Of a stretch of 18,304 bases of DNA, positions 7,243 through 14,900 are shown piece after piece. The stretch's first letter is position 1, and each line of letters starts with the position of its first letter. Origin of the DNA: Candidatus Heimdallarchaeota archaeon (GTDB taxonomy: Archaea > Asgardarchaeota > Heimdallarchaeia > Heimdallarchaeales > Heimdallarchaeaceae). The notes under the pieces were generated by a model. The model saw only the letters and a list, made by a program, of their open reading frames with translations, did no database searches and was not told where the DNA came from. The stretch covers positions 1-18,304 of the forward strand of contig JABCTC010000058.1 of the NCBI GenBank assembly GCA_018238545.1, written 5' to 3'. The translations under genes and the position numbers were made by a program.

Positions 7243-7864
7243 AATTTATCACCCATTTCCAAATTAAATTTTTTCTAACAGATTTTAAAAAAGAAAGATC
7301 TGTTCTAATATCTGTAAGTTTATAGAGATTTTTTGAATTGACTATACTGCTTAATAACTCCTGTTTTGATATTCCCAAAAGTCTAAATTGTTCGGCTTTT
7401 GTAATATGTTCTTTAAGCTGCTTAGAAGTCAAGGAAAGTAGCTGCATATCATAAGCTAAAGTAAATCTATTCAAGGAGTAGTTGAGAGTGTTTAATAGAT
7501 TTAACCAACCTTGTTTTTTATAAGTTGAAGTTGTATAAATTACAAAAGGTAAATCAGCTACTTTTAATGATTGTAGCGCAGGTAAAACGTCTGATTTATG
7601 TAGAAAAGAAAAACTGTTAGTAGTGAGTAGCCAGTTTCTTTTGCGGTAGTCTTGTGTTTCGTAAAGATGCTTACAAGCAGGACAGATTAAACCCGTATCA
7701 TGCAGATAATCTGCACGAGTAAAAGTTTTCTTTAACTGAAGAGTATAAAGATCTGTTCCTTTAATACCACAAAAAGCGCAACATCCTTCAAGCGTACCAT
7801 GAATTAGGGGAATTTTACGAGTAGAGACAAGTAATTGAGAAAGGGAAGTAAAGTTTTTTATCAT
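7232..7864 (-). CDS. csf1: Type IV CRISPR-associated Csf1 (Cas8-like large subunit, Zn-finger)
   Basis: CAFCG...KTFTRADYL...ICPAC zinc finger and PFVIYTTSTYKKQGW motif. First gene of the csf operon. Confidence 0.82.
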   Translation of the reverse strand: MIKNFTSLSQLLVSTRKIPLIHGTLEGCCAFCGIKGTDLYTLQLKKTFTRADYLHDTGLICPACKHLYETQDYRKRNWLLTTNSFSFLHKSDVLPALQSLKVADLPFVIYTTSTYKKQGWLNLLNTLNYSLNRFTLAYDMQLLSLTSKQLKEHITKAEQFRLLGISKQELLSSIVNSKNLYKLTDIRTDLSFLKSVRKNLIWKWVINFVK

Positions 7865-7910
7865 TTTTCTACATCCTATTTTTTATTTTTGTACATTTAA
7901 ATTTTTCTTG
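7865..7910 (-). promoter_or_regulatory. Archaeal promoter (BRE + TATA) of the type IV-B operon
   Basis: Minus strand CAAGAAAAA-TTTAAATG. The TATA box starts at 7901, 37 nt before the csf1 ATG at 7864, the same spacing as the promoters at 110 and 1427. Confidence 0.65.
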
Positions 7911-8027
7911 TTTATCTTACCCCTACTTCTTTTATGTTCTTTCGGTAAGAACGGAGAATAATCAACGGAGAGCGATTTTATCCGAAAAGGCTATAATGTT
8001 TATCATGTAGTACGTAAAGAAAGTATC

Positions 8028-8162
8028 TCAGCGTTTGAATATACCCTTAATTTTTCTTCTGAATCTGCCCTTTTTCTCGTTTTTGTCTATTTCATCATAA
8101 ATCCAGTAAATACCAGCTAGCTTTAAGATTGCTCTTTCGTCTTCAGTAATCATTGGAAACAT
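8028..8162 (-). CDS. Small basic hypothetical protein (44 aa, not in ORF track)
   Basis: MFPMITEDERAILKLAGIYWIYDEIDKNEKKGRFRRKIKGIFKR, with upstream GAGGA. Overlaps the preceding small ORF and fills the gap at the operon end. Confidence 0.5.
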   Translation of the reverse strand: MFPMITEDERAILKLAGIYWIYDEIDKNEKKGRFRRKIKGIFKR

Positions 8163-8256
8163 CTTCTTTTTCCTCTGCCATCTCTTTCATTAAGCGTTCG
8201 TGCATAGCATATTTTTCTTTTTGAGTTAGTTTGTTATAATTAGGGTCAGCTTTCAT
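8143..8256 (-). CDS. Small charged hypothetical protein (37 aa; 44 aa from TTG at 8277; not in ORF track)
   Basis: MKADPNYNKLTQKEKYAMHERLMKEMAEEKEDVSNDY, co-oriented directly after the ATPase gene. Confidence 0.45.
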   Translation of the reverse strand: MKADPNYNKLTQKEKYAMHERLMKEMAEEKEDVSNDY

Positions 8257-8309
8257 TTTTTCTAATGCAGGAATCAAATACCGTTTCCCTTTAACCTCTT
8301 TCTTAGGCT

Positions 8310-9722
8310 TTATGACCCCGACTTCCTGCTCTTTGTTTTAGCCTTAGATCCCTTAACTTTTTTAGTTGCTGCTTGTTCTTTTTCCAAGACTTTTTGGTCT
8401 GTTGGGGTGGGGGAAGAGGGCTCATAAAGTGTCTGGGGAGTCTGGGTAATCTGGTACGTTTTGAAAACAGCTTCATTAGAACGTATAACACAATAACAGA
8501 GCTCACAGTGAAAACCTTCTTTTAATAGCTTAAACATCTCACCTGAAAGCATTTTAGACGTTGGTGATTCTCTCTGTTTTCTCATTTTGACTTCAATAGC
8601 TTTACTTTTATCTGGAGAAAGAAGATCTATTCTTCCAGTACCAGCTATTCTTTTGTAACCAGCATAATACTCTCCTGGTTGAGTTAATTGATATTCTATT
8701 AAGTGACCAATAATTTCTGTTCTAATAATAGCCAACCAACCTGAATTGTTATAATTGTTTGTGATTGATGAATCGGATACTTTAAACTTGTCTGCAATTT
8801 CACTAGCACTATCCTTTTTTAAATACCTGATAAATGCTTCAGTGTGTTTATGTTTAAGTTTCTTGGTTTCAAGATTAATTTTCTTTTTGATAAATTTCCA
8901 ATTATACAAGGATCGGATAATCATCTCATTACCACTAAATTCTCTTAATTCAAGGAAGTTATAATCTCCATCAGTTGTCTCGAAAATATTAACAGGTTCA
9001 GCTTCAGCTTCTATCTCAGTAATGATTGAATCATCAGAAGATATAAAATCATAAGTAATGAAGCCTGTATCTCCACAGATTGTACTAGCAACACATTCCG
9101 AAAGAGCTTCATAGTTGTGCTTCTTGAAAACTTGATCACTGATATCATCTAATTTCTTTATAGCAACGAGGCCAATCTTTTTAGCCAATTTGTTTTTATC
9201 GTGATCATTAGTTGGAGCATTTTTGTAAATGTCAACATGAACGGTTGAACGAAGTTTCTTAGTAATAAGATAGATATCCTGAACTGCAAAGAAAACAACA
9301 ATAACACCATTTTTCTTCCCAATATCTTTTCTTTTCTCTTCAAAAATATGTCTTATCCTAGTAAATTTTGAGATTAGTTTTTTAGCAGCATCTTGATTTT
9401 CTAACCCTGCATCATCAACAAATAGTACTTGAACAGGTTTAGAGTCTATATTAGCCATTAAAACATCTAAAGATTCGTGTATGATGAGATTAACATTCTT
9501 TAGATCAGAAAAATATTTTAACCAAGCGAAGAATCCCATAGATCTATAGAGGCTAGTCTTGCCTGTCCCCATGATTCCATATACTTGACTTGAACGAAAT
9601 TGTATGTTGTCTCCCTTAGGTATAGGAGGGAAAAGGATAGAAATAACATCTTTAGTGATATCCTGTAATTCTACTTGAATGATTGATTGTTCAATCTCAG
9701 GAGAATAGTCTAAGCCGTACAT
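8310..9722 (-). CDS. Zot/pI-like (FtsK-HerA-related) morphogenesis ATPase fused to HTH and PD-(D/E)XK nuclease-like domains
   Basis: Walker A GIMGTGKT, Walker B VLFVDDAG, RIRH, and FFAVQDIYLITKKLR (Q sensor/Arg-finger pattern). HTH SASEIADKFKVSDSSIT. Nuclease-like GHLIE...RIDLL...AIEVK. Start reassigned to 9722 (MYGLDY; GAGGG RBS, short overlap with the upstream stop). Confidence 0.75.
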   Translation of the reverse strand: MYGLDYSPEIEQSIIQVELQDITKDVISILFPPIPKGDNIQFRSSQVYGIMGTGKTSLYRSMGFFAWLKYFSDLKNVNLIIHESLDVLMANIDSKPVQVLFVDDAGLENQDAAKKLISKFTRIRHIFEEKRKDIGKKNGVIVVFFAVQDIYLITKKLRSTVHVDIYKNAPTNDHDKNKLAKKIGLVAIKKLDDISDQVFKKHNYEALSECVASTICGDTGFITYDFISSDDSIITEIEAEAEPVNIFETTDGDYNFLELREFSGNEMIIRSLYNWKFIKKKINLETKKLKHKHTEAFIRYLKKDSASEIADKFKVSDSSITNNYNNSGWLAIIRTEIIGHLIEYQLTQPGEYYAGYKRIAGTGRIDLLSPDKSKAIEVKMRKQRESPTSKMLSGEMFKLLKEGFHCELCYCVIRSNEAVFKTYQITQTPQTLYEPSSPTPTDQKVLEKEQAATKKVKGSKAKTKSRKSGS

Positions 9723-10381
9723 TTTGTTTCCCTCTTTTGATCTTCCTTTAGTTTTTGCTGAGTTTTTTTGTAAAAATGCCAAGTGATAAGATTGATTTGA
9801 TAAGCTGTTCTTACTTGCCACATGAAAATAGGACTAGCTCTTTCAGCTTTGCCAGGTAGCCAAATAGAAGTGTCAGGATTAAGGACTTTGATTTTGTTTC
9901 CTTCTTCATCAACTTTATTCGTGTAATGTTTGTATTTATCTCTGTTTTCGAAAATATCATCAGCTCGTTGAACAGCAGCAAGAGAGCGAATATTCACAGC
10001 ATCAGGCTTGATAAAAATAGCAACAGGGCGCTTAAATTTTGGTGAAGATTCTATTTTATGTGCAGCAACAGCTAGAAGTCTTAGGCCATGAATATCTTTT
10101 CTTTGAATGTTTGCCCAATACTGTAAGCCCTGCAAACCATATTTAATCACAATAATTTTAGACCAGTAATTATAATGAAAACAACAATGACCAACAGGCT
10201 GACCGTCTACTTTTCCTAGATTGTCATCAGAGAACCATTTTCTTTCTAACCAGTTTTGCCAGTCAAATAATAATCCTTGGCATTTGTAGAAAGTGTTTCC
10301 ACCCACCAGTGCAGAAAGTTTGAAATCACTATAAACCAAAGGTTCAAGGATCTCTAAAAATTCATCACGAGCCTTGCTCAT
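9710..10381 (-). CDS. Hypothetical soluble protein
   Basis: 223-aa ORF coupled by ATGA overlap to the upstream gene. No recognised motif. Confidence 0.75.
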   Translation of the reverse strand: MSKARDEFLEILEPLVYSDFKLSALVGGNTFYKCQGLLFDWQNWLERKWFSDDNLGKVDGQPVGHCCFHYNYWSKIIVIKYGLQGLQYWANIQRKDIHGLRLLAVAAHKIESSPKFKRPVAIFIKPDAVNIRSLAAVQRADDIFENRDKYKHYTNKVDEEGNKIKVLNPDTSIWLPGKAERASPIFMWQVRTAYQINLITWHFYKKTQQKLKEDQKRETKCTA

Positions 10382-11382
10382 TTCTCATCACTTTTTTGTT
10401 TCTTTTGATCCTCGCTTAATGTTAATAGATCCTTTTGGCTAGCAGTACTATCCTCACGTTCTTTGTATAAACCTTCATAGAACTTTTGAGTGTCAAAATA
10501 ACTATCAGTGAAATTAGGACATCTTTCGTTAGCAAATTCTAATAAAACATCATCTCCTACATTATCGATGTGAGTCTGTAATTTGATGACTTTCTTACGT
10601 GAAAGATGTGCCCGACTAACAGCTTTGAAAACTATTTTCTCATTAATTGTTTTTTCAACTTGTGTTTTCCCTCGATTAACCTCGTCTAATTCGTCTAAAT
10701 CACTTTGAGGTATTAAACAACCAGCATTAAGCATCAAATCCTTTGTCTCTTTATCTCTAAGGAAGATTCTACCAAGACGATAGTGAGTAGGCAAAAGAGG
10801 AAGAACACGGGTTCGGATATCTTTTCCTCTTACACGTTTGTAAGTATGTGTTCGAGCATTTTGCAAGATATAATCCCAGGTAACACCATCAATGTAAACC
10901 TTTGCAGAACCATAAATTAATTGTCCAAAATTTGATTTTCTTCTAACTTTTAAAGCATTGCCTGAAGTGGTTTGAATAAATTCATACTCTTTGTGACCAT
11001 CATTTGTTTTATCATATAACTCTACAATATCTTTAGGCATGAAATAATCAAGTATAATTAATCCTGCAACTAGTACACAGAAAACAGAAAGAATGATTAT
11101 CCAGGTATAAGAAATGAAACCAATAATGAAGGAACCAAAGCCACCAAAAAAAGCAATTAAAGCTTGTTGTAGATCTCGAGTATTAGCTAGAATAATAAAG
11201 AAAATAACTGCAGTTATACTTATGGTCCATAAGATTACTTTCTTTTTGTTAGCTCCAAACCAATCTAACCACCAGGGCATAGCTGAAGTGATGTTTTCTC
11301 GGATATGAATTTTTATACCATCTTCGTTCATCCCTTCTATTTCTTCATTAGTTAAAGCAAGATTTCTAAATGTGTTTTTCAT
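10378..11382 (-). CDS. Membrane protein with N-terminal TM helices and large soluble C-terminal domain
   Basis: 334 aa with 2-3 hydrophobic segments at about residues 49-113. ATGA overlaps on both sides. Confidence 0.8.
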   Translation of the reverse strand: MKNTFRNLALTNEEIEGMNEDGIKIHIRENITSAMPWWLDWFGANKKKVILWTISITAVIFFIILANTRDLQQALIAFFGGFGSFIIGFISYTWIIILSVFCVLVAGLIILDYFMPKDIVELYDKTNDGHKEYEFIQTTSGNALKVRRKSNFGQLIYGSAKVYIDGVTWDYILQNARTHTYKRVRGKDIRTRVLPLLPTHYRLGRIFLRDKETKDLMLNAGCLIPQSDLDELDEVNRGKTQVEKTINEKIVFKAVSRAHLSRKKVIKLQTHIDNVGDDVLLEFANERCPNFTDSYFDTQKFYEGLYKEREDSTASQKDLLTLSEDQKKQKSDEK

Positions 11383-11996
11383 TGTTCATCACTTCTCTGA
11401 TATTTCTTACGAGCTATTAACCAGATCAATAGACCTCCACCTATAGCTCCTAAAATTATTTGAGCAATAGCCCAGTAAAGTTTGTTAAGTGCTTTCCGAT
11501 GATCTTCTATACTGACATAGTCATCTTCTTCCCAAGGAGGAATATAGTATGATTCTTCAGAATAAAAGTATTCTAAGTAGATCTTTGCATAAGTGATATC
11601 TCCTGGTTCATTAGTGACTGAAACTATACAATATATTTCTCCTTTTGAATCGGGATTAGGAGAGACAATCACTTTTCTTGTTTTAGAGAATAAACCAAGC
11701 TCGTTAGTTGTATCTACATAAGATTCTATTTCAGAATCAAATATTTTTAATCTAAAGGTAATATTGTCAAAGCTATTCGCAGTAACAATCATCTCAGCAA
11801 TGCTAACGCCTGAACCGTTGAAAAAACCAACAGTAGTAATAGAAAGAACACCACGTTGATTGAAGAACACGGATTGATAGTCAAACACCCCTCCATCGCC
11901 ATAATCAAGAGGAACCTCAAGTATTATAGCAGAAGTGAGAGAGGACACACAAATAACAGTTAATAAAACAACAATTATACTAGATTTCTTTTTCAT
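11379..11996 (-). CDS. Type I membrane protein (signal peptide, beta-rich ectodomain, C-terminal anchor); putative virion envelope protein
   Basis: MKKK + hydrophobic signal, and C-terminal TM AIAQIILGAIGGGLLIWLIA followed by RKK. Coupled to the adhesin gene. Confidence 0.8.
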   Translation of the reverse strand: MKKKSSIIVVLLTVICVSSLTSAIILEVPLDYGDGGVFDYQSVFFNQRGVLSITTVGFFNGSGVSIAEMIVTANSFDNITFRLKIFDSEIESYVDTTNELGLFSKTRKVIVSPNPDSKGEIYCIVSVTNEPGDITYAKIYLEYFYSEESYYIPPWEEDDYVSIEDHRKALNKLYWAIAQIILGAIGGGLLIWLIARKKYQRSDEQ

Positions 11997-14900
11997 TTTT
12001 GTTTACCTCGTTTATAGCCTACTAAACGATCATATTTACTCGACCAAAGCAACTGTAAGAAGGTTTCAGCAAAGAGACTGGGTTTCTTTCCCTCTCGAAT
12101 TGTTTTCTCAAGCTTCTTCACAATAGCATTGCCGATAGCATTGTAACTAATTAGTAGAACTATCAAGAGAAGAACCAGAGCGATATAGAACCAATATTGA
12201 ACAAAGAAATCTACAACTTTATCCCACCAAGTTTTTTCTCCATCGTCATCATCATCAGTTACTAAAGGAATGGTAATAGAGAAAGGAACTCTTTCAGGAG
12301 GAGGTTCAACATTTGGATCATGTAACCAATACCAAAGAGTAACACCATCAGATACGCTTTCTACTTTTTTGTAAATACGACATTCGTAAGTGGAATCAAT
12401 AACCCAGTAACTCTTTGATTCATATTGGCCGAGAATCATTGTTATGAGATCATCTGCATCAGTATCCCAATCAAGACCAGAAAGATAAGGTCGAATCTTT
12501 ATCATTCTGTCATCATTATCTAAATTGATAACATAGAGTTTTTCGAGAGGTAGTTCAATAGTCATACTCTGAATAATTCCGATGTCAATCGATACATTGT
12601 AAATGAGATTATCAAAGAGATCTCTCACAACAAGTCGGTGATTTCTAGCTGAATTATGAATCCATAGTCGATTATTGAGTATGTAGCTGTAATTACTATG
12701 TTCTTGGATTACGCTTGTATAATTGAGAGTATCAACTAAAACACCATTAAGATAAGTTAGAACAGAATCAACATCTATCTCAGGAACAGCTATGCCATAA
12801 ATTTTTTCAGTATAACGAATTTGACAATCATAGAAAAGAACAGTCTCATACCAAAAGAGAGGATAAGTAACAGTTTCGTTATATTCCGCAACAGGATATC
12901 CATCACTATTTGTTGTGCAGTTGTAGATTAAGATTAGAGAAACATTATGCCAACCTATTAAGGTGTCTTTAGCAATGCTGAAAGCTGTTAAAGTGGAATC
13001 ATCAACAATTAAAACAGAATCGTGATAAATATCTATCCAGAAATGGTCTAAATTAGTAATGAAAGAGATATTGAAGAACCCCTCGCTTTGCTCTCGATAA
13101 ATATCTGTATTAGGTTCAGGAGGAGGAATAAGGTTGCTGTACCAAGTCATAAAAAGAACTGTTTCAGCTCCATAAACGAATGCTACGGTGAGGTTGAAAA
13201 TTCCTGCTGTTGTTTCCTTGGGAATTATGATAAAAGTGCCTACACTTAGACCGTTACCACTACCAGAAGGAGTTCCGTTAGTGTAGGTTTCATAAGAGTA
13301 ATCGTAATTGCTTGTACAGTAGATACTCAGATAATCGTCAGAAGGATAAACATTCTCAACATCTACTTGAAATTCTTCTATTGCTGCAACAGTGTAAGTG
13401 AAGGAGTAAATAATGTCATCAAAATTTGTTACAGAGAAAATTAAGGTTACATAGTGCGTTCCTACTTCTGTGCTTTTAGTCCAAGAAGTAGTACTTGTCG
13501 GATCATCAGTTACTTTCTCAACATCATCTTCTATAGCTGTAAGACTATCAATGGTGTTTTTACTCGTATCCCAGGTAATGATAATGTTAGGAGCTGTGGT
13601 GTTAATTCGATAATCAGTAATAAAGAAATCTTGAGAAGGATTACTGTAAGTAGTATTAAACCAGATTGTAGAAGTGTCATTTACAAACTTTATAGCATAA
13701 TTAATTGTAACTCCAACAGTTAAATCTCTAGATGTTGAAATCGTTGTGCCAATAGCTGAAAGAGTACCAGAACCATCAGGAGTATTGTCTTTATAAACAT
13801 AATACTGACCATTGTAATTACTTGTTACATAAGTGCTAACATATAGATCCGAAAGATAGAAATTCTCGACAGAAACGCTGAAAGCAGTAGCTTCAACAGT
13901 GTAAAGATATTCATAAGTAGAACTGAGATAAGCTGTTTCTTCACCTGCACTGAAAAGAACATAAGTGAGATTATGAGAACCGACAGTATTATTCTTCAAA
14001 ATTGTTTGTAGATCGGAATAAACACCTAGGTAATTAGAATCAAGATAGATCTCGTATTGATTTGTATTGTTTGTGCTAGAAAGATAGAAAGAAGTATCAG
14101 TTTCAATCAATGTTGGAGTTTCTGAAAAAGTTGAGGGAGTGAAATAAAACTTTGAATAAAAACCACCACTCACAAGCTTAATAGATTTATAATATTCGTC
14201 TTCATCAGCTCCTGGAACTGTTTCATCTTCTCGCTCTGTTCTAATTCTGAATCCTTCTGTTTGTGATCCTGACCAATCACCAGTAGACCAAGTCATTAAA
14301 CTCAAATGTATTTGTAAATAAATATATTCTCCGTTCCCATAACAATAATTAGACGCATCTATAACCCCACTACTTAAAATATTAGGTGTACCATCAGCTC
14401 CATCATCTATGACAAATATTTCGTGTTCATCTCCAGTCGTTGCGGTTTTGAATGAAAATATTATCGTAGTGTAAATATCAGCATCAATGGTTATAGAACC
14501 ACCATTATCAATACCTTGTATTCCCATCCACCACCAATCGTAAGAACCCGAAACATTTTGAAATAGAACTCCTTCTCCTTCATCAGTTGTTTGACTTAAC
14601 GAGGAACGAGCATCAGAAGTTGGAACAAAACCGTCTAAATCTTCTTCAAAATCCCACCTATCATTTAATACTGTTTCAGCATAATCCCCGAACCAATTAT
14701 CATAAGTAAAAACTCTTACCTCGTATTCCTTTTGCTCGAAAGCATAAGGATGAATAACTGTTCCATGTCCAAATTCATCTGTTGTTACAGAATAAGAATG
14801 TTCTAGAGTTTGAGCAGTTCGATCCCAGAGCTCTACTTGATAATCTCTAAAAGAATCTTGAGTAAATTTATAACCATCTGCTACAACTCCATCAAAATCT

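Noticed and set aside
5185-7864. Type I, type III or type IV-A CRISPR-Cas
   Set aside because: No cas3, cas10, cas6 or dinG. A short Zn-finger large subunit with a small subunit and cysH matches IV-B.
9723-9821. Longest-ORF starts for the ATPase (9821), and likewise cysH (5276) and the 177-aa membrane protein (16919)
   Set aside because: They create overlaps of about 90-130 bp with upstream genes. Internal ATGs near the upstream stop codons fit the operon's coupling pattern.
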